Assembly (NCBI GenBank): GCA_018646625.1
Contig: JABGUJ010000002.1
Span: forward strand, 350,843-414,842
DNA length: 64,000 nucleotides
Source: Candidatus Woesearchaeota archaeon
GTDB taxonomy: Archaea; Nanobdellota; Nanobdellia; Woesearchaeales; JABGUJ01
Reading direction: 5' to 3'
Numbering within the stretch: the first letter of the stretch is position 1; the number at the start of each line of letters is the position of its first letter. A model generated the notes under the pieces. The model worked only from the letters and a program-made list of their open reading frames with translations. It was not told the origin of the DNA and made no database searches. The position numbers and the translations under genes are program-made. Positions 39,973-50,475 of the stretch are shown here, one piece after another.

Positions 39973-41156
39973 CTTATGAATGCAAATGCTATGTTAACTA
40001 TTATTAGTAGTAAGAAGAACAAACCAGTGTATTTCCAAATGCTGTCTGCAAGTTTCTTTTTCATAACAGCGTATAACCCTTGTTGAAGCATTCTTCCACC
40101 ATCAATAGGCCCAAGAGGCAGTAAGTTGAACAAACCAATACCGATGTTTAGTAAATATAGCCAGTATAGTAGGCCTAAAAACCAGAGTATAAACTTACCA
40201 GTCCACTTACCAAATAAGTTTGCAAACGAATCTTTAATCTTTGATCCTTGTTCTAAGAAAATACCCATGTATGCTTTACTGTTGTTCTCAGGATGTGCAT
40301 CAAGAGTTACATCAAAGCTCGCTTTATGAGTTATTACAGTTATTTGATCACCAGGTGCATGTCTTAACAGTACATCGGTAAAATTATTTACTGAAACAAT
40401 ATTATAATCATCTATGCCAATAATTTTATCCCCTATAGGAAGATTGTATTTCTCAGCAGGGTATGTATGATTGCCAGGAGTGTAATCTTTTATTACAACA
40501 CCATCATAATCAACTACACCAGTTGCGACAGGTGTTGCTAATGCAAATAATAGTAATGCGCAAACGATTCCCAACACAATGTTAGCCATAGGACCTGCAG
40601 CATATACAGACATTTGCTGTAGCTTAGGTTTTTTTGCTAACTGTTTTTCGTCAGGTTCAACAAATGCGGCAGGGATTATAGGTACGATTGCACCTAAAAA
40701 AGCAAATCCGCTAGATTTTATCTTTATAGCATATCTTCTTGCAACGACACCGTGTGCAAACTCATGTATAGTAGCAATAACAAAGATTGAGATTATCCAA
40801 TATAGAAATGGAACATAGAATCCGCCTTTGACTTTAAATGGTAGAACTAAAGCAACCTGAGATACAGCAGATTCAACAAATAATAATTTTAGAAAACTGT
40901 CAATAAGCGAGTATGCAATTAGAATCATTCCAGCAAAACCGAGAACAACACCAATATAACCGGCGACTTTTATGGTTCTAGGAAATTTCTTAGCAAGACC
41001 GTCCATAGATTTTAATCCTAACTTAGTCTTGTACATTCCGAAGTACAATACAGGACCAAAAATCTTCTGAATAGTAAACTGTGCACGCTTTATTAGAAAA
41101 AATGATAACAATGAGATAAGAAAAACAATGGCAGCCGCGGATTGCAGGTCTATCAT
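39969..41156 (-). CDS. Site-2 protease (M50) with PDZ
   Basis: HEFAH, AAFVEPD, AGP, NLLPLGPIDGG. Confidence 0.9.
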   Translation of the reverse strand: MIDLQSAAAIVFLISLLSFFLIKRAQFTIQKIFGPVLYFGMYKTKLGLKSMDGLAKKFPRTIKVAGYIGVVLGFAGMILIAYSLIDSFLKLLFVESAVSQVALVLPFKVKGGFYVPFLYWIISIFVIATIHEFAHGVVARRYAIKIKSSGFAFLGAIVPIIPAAFVEPDEKQLAKKPKLQQMSVYAAGPMANIVLGIVCALLLFALATPVATGVVDYDGVVIKDYTPGNHTYPAEKYNLPIGDKIIGIDDYNIVSVNNFTDVLLRHAPGDQITVITHKASFDVTLDAHPENNSKAYMGIFLEQGSKIKDSFANLFGKWTGKFILWFLGLLYWLYLLNIGIGLFNLLPLGPIDGGRMLQQGLYAVMKKKLADSIWKYTGLFFLLLIIVNIAFAFIR

Positions 41157-41157
41157 C

Positions 41158-41319
41158 TTATTTTTTACGCACTGTCCTTAATGCTTTTGAGCTGCACTTT
41201 CTGCATTTAATCTTGCCTGCAAGTACTTTCAAGTTAGGTGCTCTAACCTTACTCTTACATACTTTACATACGAAGATGTTTTTGAATAATCGTGCATCAG
41301 CTTCTGGGAATTTCGCCAT
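41158..41319 (-). CDS. rpl40e: 50S ribosomal protein L40e
   Basis: Hand translation MAKFPEADARLFKNIFVCKVCKSKVRA...CRKCSSKALR. Confidence 0.88.
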   Translation of the reverse strand: MAKFPEADARLFKNIFVCKVCKSKVRAPNLKVLAGKIKCRKCSSKALRTVRKK

Positions 41320-41321
41320 AT

Positions 41322-41714
41322 TTAATCACTCTTAATCTGTTTAATGACCTTATCTCCTAGAATGTTCCAATATAATATTTGGCAACCTTCTACGACTTGA
41401 TCTTTAAATTCATCATCGACCTTCATGTCGAATGTTTCATAGCTCTCTGAGTCCATTACGTTTGCAACATCTCCTGTTACAGACAGAACTTGAGCAGTTC
41501 TCTTATCAATCACCGGAACTTCAACTTGATCGTGACCTGGTAAGACCACGTTTCTCTTTTTCTCATCAATTAAACCAACAGCCATCATGTTAACTTTAGC
41601 ATGACCGTGCTTTCCTGGCCTTGAAGTTGCAGTGCTGGTGACTCTGCATGCCACACCATCAACGATGATATAACTTCCTTTTTGTAAACTTCCAACACTT
41701 GCTAACTTTTTCAT
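41322..41714 (-). CDS. eif5a: Translation factor aIF5A
   Basis: Hypusine motif SRPGKHGHAK. Confidence 0.95.
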   Translation of the reverse strand: MKKLASVGSLQKGSYIIVDGVACRVTSTATSRPGKHGHAKVNMMAVGLIDEKKRNVVLPGHDQVEVPVIDKRTAQVLSVTGDVANVMDSESYETFDMKVDDEFKDQVVEGCQILYWNILGDKVIKQIKSD

Positions 41715-41804
41715 AATAAACTCCTCCTTTTCACGAAATTAAATCAGGAATATAAATCGTACAAATTATGAGAACTTTGACCCTCATTTATAAATTTATT
41801 GGCT

Positions 41805-42020
41805 CTACTGCTTTGCTGCTAATTTAATGTCCCCAGCCTTTACAGTCTTTCTTCCTGCATGGACTGCAAGCTTAACGGCCTTCTCAGCAATATGTTCAGC
41901 AGCTTCTTCAACGACTTGCTTAAGAGCAACCTTTGCCTTGTCTGAGACTCGCTCAGCACCGCCTAGCTTAAGGATCTTCTCCATTGCCGCAAGAGGAAGT
42001 AGCCTCTTAGATTGTGTCAT
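41805..42020 (-). CDS. Archaeal histone
   Basis: LPLAAMEKILK..GAERVS...HAGRKTVKAGDI. Confidence 0.95.
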   Translation of the reverse strand: MTQSKRLLPLAAMEKILKLGGAERVSDKAKVALKQVVEEAAEHIAEKAVKLAVHAGRKTVKAGDIKLAAKQ

Positions 42021-42167
42021 CTGTTTATACCCCCAATAGGTTAATTAAGTTAAAATCGCGAAAATCCATTTAAATAGTTTTCGGAAAAAATGGCCGTTTT
42101 AGGTTGTTTTGGGCGTGAGAAGGGCAGAATGTGCTTCGTAGAGACAAAAAAGGAGAAACTAGAGTGC

Positions 42168-42845
42168 TTATCTCTTTAATCCAAAGAAACCTTTGAGCCT
42201 GGCTTTTCTAGCAATCTTTGAGAGCTCCTTTTCAATTTGTTCTTGATTTTCATATATTCCTTCCAAAACTTTGAACTTTTTATCATGATAAGTAGTTCTA
42301 GAAGAATTTGTTTTAAACTTTCTAACTTTATGTAGTAATTCATGATACATTATGTAATCTAGGTAGTTAAGTTCTTCATTTTCAAAAATTCTACTTACAC
42401 TAACAGTATCTGTTTTGAAATCATAACTTCCAAGTTTGGTTGTAGAGTGTGATCCCCATTCTAAGTTAGGCATTTCCACTCCGCCCAAAAAATAACGTTC
42501 ATTAACTCTGTCGAATGACTCTTTAAGATCAGGATCAATGTTATTTTTGGGAATTGCAATGTGTAAATTCTTTATGAAATTGTTGTAGAGATCTATATAA
42601 TAAGATTTTTTTCTTTTGTTCTTGAACAATTTTAGTAAAAGTTCTTGTATTAAACCAAGTTTAATCTCACCATCAACAGGAAACCATTTTCTGCATAAAT
42701 TAAACTCAATGTGATTTCCAGAAAGTCTGACGTTAGCCCCATAATCTTTGAATCTTCCAGAATAAATTAGATCTGTCTTGTATTTGAAATCCCTACCAGG
42801 ATAAAGCTTGTTGTAAGCTTCTTCAATTAGATTCATATCAGTCAT
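42168..42845 (-). CDS. SprT-like zinc metalloprotease
   Basis: FDRVNERYF, LGSYD, YHELLH. Confidence 0.75.
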   Translation of the reverse strand: MTDMNLIEEAYNKLYPGRDFKYKTDLIYSGRFKDYGANVRLSGNHIEFNLCRKWFPVDGEIKLGLIQELLLKLFKNKRKKSYYIDLYNNFIKNLHIAIPKNNIDPDLKESFDRVNERYFLGGVEMPNLEWGSHSTTKLGSYDFKTDTVSVSRIFENEELNYLDYIMYHELLHKVRKFKTNSSRTTYHDKKFKVLEGIYENQEQIEKELSKIARKARLKGFFGLKR

Positions 42846-42949
42846 AATGTTCTCTACTTTGCTTTAGTTTTTATTATTTTTGAAAACGCAGTTAATTATC
42901 TACTACTTAAAGGAATAATTTATAAACCTTGTAAAGCAGTTATTATGGT

Positions 42950-44569
42950 ATGAGCGGCGATGATGGTTCTAATCACCATATAGAAGAAGTAATTAAACAA
43001 ATGGCCGAGTTGGCAGATTATCAGAAGCATTTCATAAAAGATCTTCCAGACTATTTTCGCAGAGTCAGAATACATCTTGACAGAGTAAAAAGAATTATTC
43101 TTCTTACTAAAAGATCTGCAACTAAAAATTATTGGATAGAAGGTGAAGAACTATTTCGTTTAATGAATAAAGTAATCGCAGAAATTGACGCAGATAAGGC
43201 ATTAATTAATCGAAAAGTCTACGATGAACAGGACGTAGAAGCCAAGTTAGAGAAAGATAAGGATCTTACTAAGGATGAAGAGAATTTAACTTTTGCACTT
43301 TATGAATCGCTTAATGACGCAAGATTGGAGAAGGGCCTTACAACTAGAAAAACATTAGAAAAAGTTAAAACGCGATTAAAATTTGCACACAGAAAAGAAC
43401 AAGTGGTTGATTCTATTGATGTTCATTTGGCAGAACTACTAAATCATTTTCGTGGAGTTGTCGGTTTGATAAGAGATAGAATAAGACTCGAGCTCGATAG
43501 TTTGAGGGCGATCGCATCATATAAAGATGCAGAGTTAAAGTTAAATTCACCAGAATGGAGAAAAATTGAGCAATACGCGATTAGACTAAGGAGAACTAAT
43601 AAGGAATTAACAGAATTCCATCTTGAACTTAAAGAGAATTTCTATAAACCATTTCAAAAATTTCTTGATGATAAGGTTACTGCAGAAGACAGAGTTGCAG
43701 AAATTATTTCTGAAAAAAACCAACATTGGTGGAATAAAGTATCAGTATTTAGAAATAAAGTCGATCTTCCAGAGGTATTAAGAGATTATAGAATTATGAC
43801 TTCACCATCAGAAGTTCTTGATTTCTTTCGTGCTTTACGTAAAAATCATAAGTTTTTGACAAAGAGAGCACGAGCATTCATAACACATGCCGAAAAGGGT
43901 GTGTTGCTTAAAGCTAAGAAAGATTCTTTTAGACTTGCCAGACAAGTTGTGTTGGCTCACAGAGACAGATTAACTGGAGCGATATCTCGTCCAGAGTTTG
44001 AAGACAGATTGTTTCCCAGCTTTGTTTTAAATTATACTAGAACAGGTAGAGAGTTTTCTTTACTTTTCTTAGATATTGATAACTTTAAAACATTTAATGA
44101 TCCGGACAAAGGAGGATATGGTCACTCAGTAGGTGATGATGTATTGAGAATGGTTGTTAAAAGTATGGGGGATGCTGTTAGGTTTGAAGCAGACAGAAAA
44201 ATTGATCCCGTTATTAGATATGGTGGAGAAGAGTTCTTGATATTACTTTCTACAGCAAATAAAAATGCGGCGATAACAGTTGCAAACAGAGTTAGAAAAA
44301 GAGTAATGGAAGATAGTAGAAAATTAAATGCAAGAAGATTGAAGAAAAATAAAGAGCCTTGGTATGACCCTTTAGATAAAGATGGTAAGAAACCGGTTAC
44401 AATTAGTATTGGAGTTGCTACTTTTCCAAGTAGTTGTAACATAAAAGGCGGAGTAGAAGTAATAGCTGGTGCAAATGTTACAAAATTAAGAGAACAAATG
44501 GTAAAAGCAGCAGATGGTGCGCTTTACAAAGCAAAAGAAAAGGGCCGAAACAGAGTAGAAGCCGCCTAA
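42950..44569 (+). CDS. GGDEF diguanylate cyclase with helical N-terminus
   Basis: DRLTG, LDIDNFKTFND, YGHSVGD, RYGGEEF, TISIGVA, ADGALYKAKEKGRN. Confidence 0.9.
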   Translation: MSGDDGSNHHIEEVIKQMAELADYQKHFIKDLPDYFRRVRIHLDRVKRIILLTKRSATKNYWIEGEELFRLMNKVIAEIDADKALINRKVYDEQDVEAKLEKDKDLTKDEENLTFALYESLNDARLEKGLTTRKTLEKVKTRLKFAHRKEQVVDSIDVHLAELLNHFRGVVGLIRDRIRLELDSLRAIASYKDAELKLNSPEWRKIEQYAIRLRRTNKELTEFHLELKENFYKPFQKFLDDKVTAEDRVAEIISEKNQHWWNKVSVFRNKVDLPEVLRDYRIMTSPSEVLDFFRALRKNHKFLTKRARAFITHAEKGVLLKAKKDSFRLARQVVLAHRDRLTGAISRPEFEDRLFPSFVLNYTRTGREFSLLFLDIDNFKTFNDPDKGGYGHSVGDDVLRMVVKSMGDAVRFEADRKIDPVIRYGGEEFLILLSTANKNAAITVANRVRKRVMEDSRKLNARRLKKNKEPWYDPLDKDGKKPVTISIGVATFPSSCNIKGGVEVIAGANVTKLREQMVKAADGALYKAKEKGRNRVEAA

Positions 44570-44649
44570 GTTACTAATTCTACTTAATTAGTTGTTATTT
44601 CTGTCAAGGAACAACTTTATAAATAAGTTTTGTATTGTAGTTCTAGGTA

Positions 44650-45249
44650 TTGGGGGATATCATGACCACAGGACTTGACAAAGTACTAGAGAGCTATGAT
44701 CTTAGACCAGGCGATAATGTAGATATTTCTTTGTCCGCCAACACTTTAACTCCAAGCGAAGAACTAAACAAGCGCGGAAGTACTTGGACTTTCAGATTAG
44801 AGTTGAGAGTTAATGATAAAGATAGAGGCAGGCCCATCGATTTAGCAGATGTGTTGAGAGCTCCAGACGAAAGCTTAGATTATGGCAAGAGTAGTGTACC
44901 ATTACTTGATGTTGTAGCTGCAATGAAATATCTTGGAATTGTAGGTGCACCAACTCACATACTAGAACCATTTATGGACATACCACCAATAGGTCTTGAA
45001 GATAAAATGTCTTCAGATAGTATACTGTATGTTTTTTCAGGTTTGGTAGAATATGCAAGGGCAATTGCAGAAAGAATCAAACCTGCAGAGGGAGATGCTG
45101 CATTGTTTAGAGGAAAAGTTCAGTTAACTCCAAGAATTCTTGATAGACTATACAGCCAAGTTGAAGATATTTATAAAGGTCCTAAGGATTTTGCAATGGA
45201 TGATCTTAGAAATCTAGAAGCCGCATCAGGAATGAGAAGATCTTCTTAA
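44650..45249 (+). CDS. Hypothetical protein
   Basis: ORF with upstream TATA. Confidence 0.5.
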   Translation: MGDIMTTGLDKVLESYDLRPGDNVDISLSANTLTPSEELNKRGSTWTFRLELRVNDKDRGRPIDLADVLRAPDESLDYGKSSVPLLDVVAAMKYLGIVGAPTHILEPFMDIPPIGLEDKMSSDSILYVFSGLVEYARAIAERIKPAEGDAALFRGKVQLTPRILDRLYSQVEDIYKGPKDFAMDDLRNLEAASGMRRSS

Positions 45250-46373
45250 AGATCTACATTATATCTTAGAATAGCAGCAATCATACCCATGTCTCTTAAT
45301 TGAACACCTTCTCGAGTTTCTGTTGAAATAATCTCAACCGTGGTTCCTTGTTCTGTTGCCATCTCTTCAAACTCTTCAATCTTCTCGTCATCTAAATTTT
45401 CAGAGATAAGTAATGAATCGACTGCACCCATCTTTAAATGCTTTTTAACATGATCTTCACCATAGCTAACCATCCCAGGTTTTGTTGCTAGGTAGCCAAA
45501 GAATTTTTGCATAATTTGTTTTTCATGTGAGACTTCTTCAGAAGCTAATATGTCAGAACTTTTTTCTAATAATTCTTGTAATCCAAAATCGCCAGTATAA
45601 CTAAGATCTTTTGTTCCGAGTATCTTTTTCTTCAAATCTCCAGTAAGATAATTCTTTTCCATAAAAGAACTAATAGTTGAACCAGGACCACCAATAATAA
45701 TACCTTTAAGGTTAGTCATAGTAAGAAATTGATTCTTCATGTACTCTGCAATTTTTTTGTAGTGCTCGAATGCAGCACCATCTCTTAGTCTTTCAAATCT
45801 TTGTGCAGATTGACCACCAGTTTTGTGTTTACCAGGAACTTCGGAATGAGTAGATTGAAGAGGAATTATTGTTTTTCCTTTAAGCAAAGCAATATCTCCA
45901 TCTCTTAGATCTAAAACCACTAAGCCATAAACTTCTTTGACTTCTATCATGTCTTCTAGTGCTTCAAGAACAAAAGTTTTATCGCATCTGTAAATACGTT
46001 GATTCAAAGGAACAGGTGGTTCAAAACTCCAAACCTTAACATCGCTTTGCCCTTCACGTTCTGCAACGTTACCTGAGAAAACACATAATCCATTTTCAGG
46101 AGTTTTTTTGTACAACTTAAGATGTTGTATCATTCTTTCCAAACCATCAACCACATTCTTTCTAGTAGATGCGGACTTAATGTTTGTAGCAGTGCCTTGC
46201 TCTTGTTGTAAATGAGAAATAATCTTGTTAAGATCATATCCTGCAGGAACATATACTGTAACAAGCTCGGTATGTCTACCTCGATAAGTGGAAAGCTCCT
46301 TTATTAGCTTCTTTAACTTGTATTGCTCTTTTGCAGATATTGACATTTTAGCCTCTTTATAGGTGGAAAACAA
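45246..46373 (-). CDS. prf1: Peptide chain release factor aRF1 (start probably MSISA)
   Basis: TATNIKS, YRCDK, GGQSAQRF. Confidence 0.95.
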   Translation of the reverse strand: MFSTYKEAKMSISAKEQYKLKKLIKELSTYRGRHTELVTVYVPAGYDLNKIISHLQQEQGTATNIKSASTRKNVVDGLERMIQHLKLYKKTPENGLCVFSGNVAEREGQSDVKVWSFEPPVPLNQRIYRCDKTFVLEALEDMIEVKEVYGLVVLDLRDGDIALLKGKTIIPLQSTHSEVPGKHKTGGQSAQRFERLRDGAAFEHYKKIAEYMKNQFLTMTNLKGIIIGGPGSTISSFMEKNYLTGDLKKKILGTKDLSYTGDFGLQELLEKSSDILASEEVSHEKQIMQKFFGYLATKPGMVSYGEDHVKKHLKMGAVDSLLISENLDDEKIEEFEEMATEQGTTVEIISTETREGVQLRDMGMIAAILRYNVDL

Positions 46374-46465
46374 GGGTCTTTATAAATATTCGCCCGCTAT
46401 TATATAGAGATAGTCTCAGGTAAGCAAAAGCTTTAAAAACAGCTAATAAAAACCCTGAAGTATCC

Positions 46466-46539
46466 GGGGCTATGGTGTAACTTGGTTAGCATTCAAGGTT
46501 TGGGACCTTGCGCTGGGGGTTCAAATCCTCCTAGCCCCA
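46466..46539 (+). tRNA. tRNA-Pro (UGG)
   Basis: GGGGCTA/TAGCCCC acceptor; CAAGG-TTTGGGA-CCTTG anticodon arm; TTCAAAT loop. Confidence 0.92.
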
Positions 46540-46608
46540 TAGCATAACATTTATATATGGATTGAAATTTCGCGAGAAGTAGAGCTTAAGGCTCTGAGAA
46601 GGTAAAAA

Positions 46609-46833
46609 ATGGCGGTTCCTAAAGAATTATCATCAGCAAAGCGGTTTGGACCAAGATATGGCCGAACTTTAAGAAATAAACTTTCTAAAGTAGAGAGTCA
46701 GCATAAAGGTAAAAAGAAATGTCCTTTCTGTACTTGGCAAAAACTTAAGAGATTGGCTGCAGGTATCTGGCAGTGCGACAAATGCGATAAAAAATTCGCA
46801 GCTAAAGCTTACAGTCCTAAAGTTCAGAGATAA
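46609..46833 (+). CDS. rpl37ae: 50S ribosomal protein L37Ae
   Basis: RFGPRYG, CPFC, GIWQCDKC. Confidence 0.93.
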   Translation: MAVPKELSSAKRFGPRYGRTLRNKLSKVESQHKGKKKCPFCTWQKLKRLAAGIWQCDKCDKKFAAKAYSPKVQR

Positions 46834-46855
46834 CTGAGCTTGGTTCATACTAAAA

Positions 46856-46993
46856 ATGGTCGAATATAAATGCTTTCAATGTAATAAACAAGTCGGTCTC
46901 GAATATTTGAGAAAGAAAATCAGATGTCCGTACTGTGGTTCTAAGATGTTGTACAAACCTAGAGGCAGAGCTACGGTTGTAAAGGCATTGTAA
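46856..46993 (+). CDS. rpoP: RNA polymerase subunit P (Rpo12)
   Basis: Hand translation MVEYKCFQC...IRCPYCGSKMLYKPR; conserved position after rpl37ae. Confidence 0.92.
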   Translation: MVEYKCFQCNKQVGLEYLRKKIRCPYCGSKMLYKPRGRATVVKAL

Positions 46994-46994
46994 A

Positions 46995-47219
46995 ATGAAA
47001 TACAGTGTTGTTGTTAACATCAAAGAAGATGTTGATACCGTTTACAAATGCATGCTGACTGAGATAAGTGAAAGAGAACGATCTCTGTTCACTATAAAGA
47101 AAGATGATGATCGTCTCGAGTTTCATGTTGAGGCGAAAGACGCTACAGCGTTACGTGCAACATTAAGTGCAATAACACAGTTGTTGTCTATCTATGAAAA
47201 GATGGGGGAAATAAAATGA
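46995..47219 (+). CDS. pcc1: KEOPS subunit Pcc1
   Basis: VEAKDATALRATLS; gene order. Confidence 0.8.
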   Translation: MKYSVVVNIKEDVDTVYKCMLTEISERERSLFTIKKDDDRLEFHVEAKDATALRATLSAITQLLSIYEKMGEIK

Positions 47220-47545
47220 GTGAAAATAAAGAAGCACAAGAAAAAATCCAACAACTACAACTTATCGAACAAAATCTTCAAAATTTTCTAGTTCAAAAAC
47301 AATCATTCCAATCTCAGATGTTAGAAGTTGATTCTGCACTAAACGAGATTGAAAAAACTGATGAAGCTTACAAAATTGTAGGTAACATTATGGTTGCTTC
47401 TAAGAAAGACGAATTAAAGAAAGATCTCGAAGCTAAAAAAGAGTCAACAGAGCTTAGAATTAAAACAATAGAGACACAGGAAGAAAAGCTTAGAGAAAAA
47501 GCAGAAGCCATGCAGAAAGAAGTTCTTGAAAGCATGAAGAAATGA
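47216..47545 (+). CDS. pfdB: Prefoldin beta subunit
   Basis: Coiled coils around AYKIVGNIMV. Confidence 0.9.
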   Translation: MSENKEAQEKIQQLQLIEQNLQNFLVQKQSFQSQMLEVDSALNEIEKTDEAYKIVGNIMVASKKDELKKDLEAKKESTELRIKTIETQEEKLREKAEAMQKEVLESMKK

Positions 47546-47555
47546 GGCAAGTAAG

Positions 47556-47819
47556 ATGTCATCAGAATCTACATTTATGGACGACCCAATGGTCGGTATT
47601 ATCGAAGCATTAAGCGAGCTTCAAAACGATACTTCTGTTCCTAGAAATATTAAAAGTAAAATAATGGGCATTATTGGTGTCCTGCAAGACGATTCTGAAG
47701 TTTCTATTAGAATAAATAAAGCACTTACTGAACTTGACGATATATCTGAAGATTCAAACATGCAACCGTATACTAGAACTCAGATTTGGAATGTAGTTTC
47801 TTTGTTAGAAACAATTTAA
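47556..47819 (+). CDS. UPF0147 family protein
   Basis: DTSVPRNIK, D.NM..YTRTQIW. Confidence 0.85.
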   Translation: MSSESTFMDDPMVGIIEALSELQNDTSVPRNIKSKIMGIIGVLQDDSEVSIRINKALTELDDISEDSNMQPYTRTQIWNVVSLLETI

Positions 47820-48493
47820 GATTTTTTCTTTTTAGAAGTTTTCTTCTTAGCTTTTTTCTTGAATTCCATTTTAACAACTTCTGTTTTAGTTAAAGCAGAG
47901 TTTGGAATAAACAAAATGTCTCTATTCTTGGTTTCTACTTTAGTTTCAAGAAGATTAATTTGAGTTATCTTCCCTTCGATGCCTTTAAATTTTATCCAGT
48001 CGCCTTCTTTAAGGAATGCGTTTCTAAATATGAAGAATCCAGAGAACGCGTTTGGAATGAAATCTTTTAGTGCTAAGAATACTGAGATAATAATGATCAC
48101 TATTACTGCCGCACTCAACATGTTTAAGATTGTTGTTGTTAATCCTAATTGGTTTAATGCAGTGATTATTGTAAGAAAATAAATGAAATAAGTTAGAAAT
48201 CCTGATATGATTTCTTCAATTCTTATGTTAACTCCAGTAGCATTACCTAGAATATTGTTTATTTCTATCTCACTCATTAGTTTCTTGACTACTTTACCAA
48301 CAAACTTACCTAAAATAAAACCCACCAGAAGTATTACGAGCGCCACTACAATCTTTGCAAAGAATCCTTCAAATAGATCTCTTGCAAATGAAAAAGTCTG
48401 TCCAAGCACAGAATACTTGATTGTCTCGTTTATCATTATTTTATTGATTCTTAAAGGGTTTATATATTTTGTGAATCCAGGCTTTTGTGGCAA
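47816..48493 (-). CDS. MscS-family small mechanosensitive channel
   Basis: TM helices, GDWIK..GIEG, FIPNS. Confidence 0.8.
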   Translation of the reverse strand: MPQKPGFTKYINPLRINKIMINETIKYSVLGQTFSFARDLFEGFFAKIVVALVILLVGFILGKFVGKVVKKLMSEIEINNILGNATGVNIRIEEIISGFLTYFIYFLTIITALNQLGLTTTILNMLSAAVIVIIIISVFLALKDFIPNAFSGFFIFRNAFLKEGDWIKFKGIEGKITQINLLETKVETKNRDILFIPNSALTKTEVVKMEFKKKAKKKTSKKKKS

Positions 48494-48508
48494 ATATTTA
48501 AATAGGGC

Positions 48509-49621
48509 GTGTTCAGGTTAGAACCTATGGTTGACTATCTTGAAAAGGTAAAGGATCTAGAGAAAGAGCTTTCTACTATGCAGTACAATAAACGTACTCA
48601 GCACCATTATGGGTTGGTACGTGCCAAGATTGCTCGTTTGAAGGATCAGGAAAGATCAAGAAGTTCAGGTGGCAAGAAAGGTTCAGGTTATTGTGTTAGA
48701 AAATCAGGAGATGGTACTGTTATTCTAATTGGTTTTCCCAGTTCAGGTAAGTCAAGTTTGTTGAATCAATTGACTGATGCCGAATCTCTAGTTGGAGATT
48801 ATGAATTTACAACGCTGGATGTAGTTCCAGGTTTGCTTGAATATAAAGATGCAAAAATACAGATATTAGATGTTCCCGGTATAGTGCAAGGAGCAGCAAT
48901 GGGTAGAGGTAGAGGTAAAGAAGTTTTATCTGTTGTGCAAAATGCAGATTTAGTATTAGTATTGTTGGATCCTTTGCGTCCTGCAGCGCATAAAGTAATT
49001 TTGCGCGAGATATATGATTCTAATGTTAGAGTGAATAAAGAAAAACCTGACGTTGTTATTAAGAAGAAAGCTAAAGGCGGAATAAGTATAGGTAAAACAG
49101 TTAGGTTGCCTAAGTTAAGTAATGATACTATAAAATCAATTCTTAAAGAATTTAGACTTAATAATGCAGATGTTGTAATTAGATCTGTGATTGATGCAGA
49201 TGAAATGATTGATATAATTGAAGGTAATAAAAAGTATATTCCTATGTTGACTGTGATGAACAAAATTGACTTGGTAGATGATGAGAGATTAGAAGAATTG
49301 AACCAAGAATTAAATCCTGACTTGTGTATTTCTGCAAAGAGTGGAGTTGGAATAGATGAACTTAAGGAAATGATTTTCTCTAACTTAGATTTTATGAGAA
49401 TATATTGTAAAGAAGTAGGTAAAAAAGCAGATATGGGGGAACCTTTGATTATGACTGTAGGTTCTAATATTGAAGCAATGTGTAGAAAGTTGCACAAGGA
49501 TTTTGTGAAGAAGTTTAAACATTCAAAAGTATGGGGACCATCAGCTAAATTTCCCGGACAGAGATTAATGAAGAAACATATTTTGCAAGATCAAGATATT
49601 GTTGAGATACATTTGAAATGA
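48509..49621 (+). CDS. DRG/OBG-family GTPase with TGS domain
   Basis: GFPSSGKSS, YEFTTL, DVPG, NKID, VWG.SAKFPGQ. Confidence 0.9.
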   Translation: MFRLEPMVDYLEKVKDLEKELSTMQYNKRTQHHYGLVRAKIARLKDQERSRSSGGKKGSGYCVRKSGDGTVILIGFPSSGKSSLLNQLTDAESLVGDYEFTTLDVVPGLLEYKDAKIQILDVPGIVQGAAMGRGRGKEVLSVVQNADLVLVLLDPLRPAAHKVILREIYDSNVRVNKEKPDVVIKKKAKGGISIGKTVRLPKLSNDTIKSILKEFRLNNADVVIRSVIDADEMIDIIEGNKKYIPMLTVMNKIDLVDDERLEELNQELNPDLCISAKSGVGIDELKEMIFSNLDFMRIYCKEVGKKADMGEPLIMTVGSNIEAMCRKLHKDFVKKFKHSKVWGPSAKFPGQRLMKKHILQDQDIVEIHLK

Positions 49622-50250
49622 AATTAGATATTCCATTCTACAAGAACGATAATGACGGTAAACAGTGCATGCAGGTTGCTATGAAGTGCGTTATTGAATA
49701 CTTTCTAGATACTAAAATTTCTTTAGATGAATTAGATAAACTTACTAAACGTAAAGAAGGACTTTGGACTTGGACTTCTCAAATTGTAACTGTTTTGCAC
49801 AATAGGAGTTTGAAAGTTAAATATTATTCTAAAACAGATTTAGAACCTTTTCTAGAAGGAGAGCCATTTATACTAAAGCACTTTGGTAATGACGCAAAAA
49901 CTGTTTTGAAGTTTACTGACTTGCCAGTTGTTTTAGAATCCATACAAGAGCTTTTGAAGTATGATGTATTTGAGAAAAGAATTCTATCACTGAACGAAAT
50001 TGAATCTGAAATTGAAAATGGCCATGTGCCGTTGGTTCTGATTGATCATAATGTCTTGGCAGAAATAGATGGCGAGTATCAAGGTCATTTTGTTGTTCTA
50101 ACAGGCTATGATGAATCTAACCTCTATTATCACGAGTCAGGTCCAAAGGGTGCTGAACCTCATAAAAAAGTTGATAAAACTCTTTTTGAGAAAGCTATGA
50201 ATGCGAATGGCACAGATAATGATTGCGTTATTGTTTATGGTAAGAAATAG
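49618..50250 (+). CDS. Peptidase C39-like protein
   Basis: DIPFY, QC, GHFVVLTGYD. Confidence 0.75.
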   Translation: MKLDIPFYKNDNDGKQCMQVAMKCVIEYFLDTKISLDELDKLTKRKEGLWTWTSQIVTVLHNRSLKVKYYSKTDLEPFLEGEPFILKHFGNDAKTVLKFTDLPVVLESIQELLKYDVFEKRILSLNEIESEIENGHVPLVLIDHNVLAEIDGEYQGHFVVLTGYDESNLYYHESGPKGAEPHKKVDKTLFEKAMNANGTDNDCVIVYGKK

Positions 50251-50475
50251 TCAATCACTTTTTTTATTGTTTCTTATTAAGAAAATGAATCCTATAATTA
50301 ATAGAATGATTGATGGCCAGAGAGTTATGAATGCTAATAATCCTAAGCCAATGGGATTTGGGTTGTCTAAAATCCCTATGATCGATAATAATATTACTAT
50401 TAAAAGTGGACCTACCCCGAGTATTAGTAAAGCCAAACCAATGCTAAGTATCCAGTTTTTCTTGAAAAAGTTCAC
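50251..50475 (-). CDS. Small two-TM membrane protein
   Basis: GVGPL...DNPNPIGLGLL; probable GTG start. Confidence 0.55.
   Translation of the reverse strand: MNFFKKNWILSIGLALLILGVGPLLIVILLSIIGILDNPNPIGLGLLAFITLWPSIILLIIGFIFLIRNNKKSD

Noticed and set aside
48799..49497. 232-aa antisense ORF (and similar shadow ORFs across the window)
   Set aside because: Lies opposite a well-supported gene; expected from codon bias
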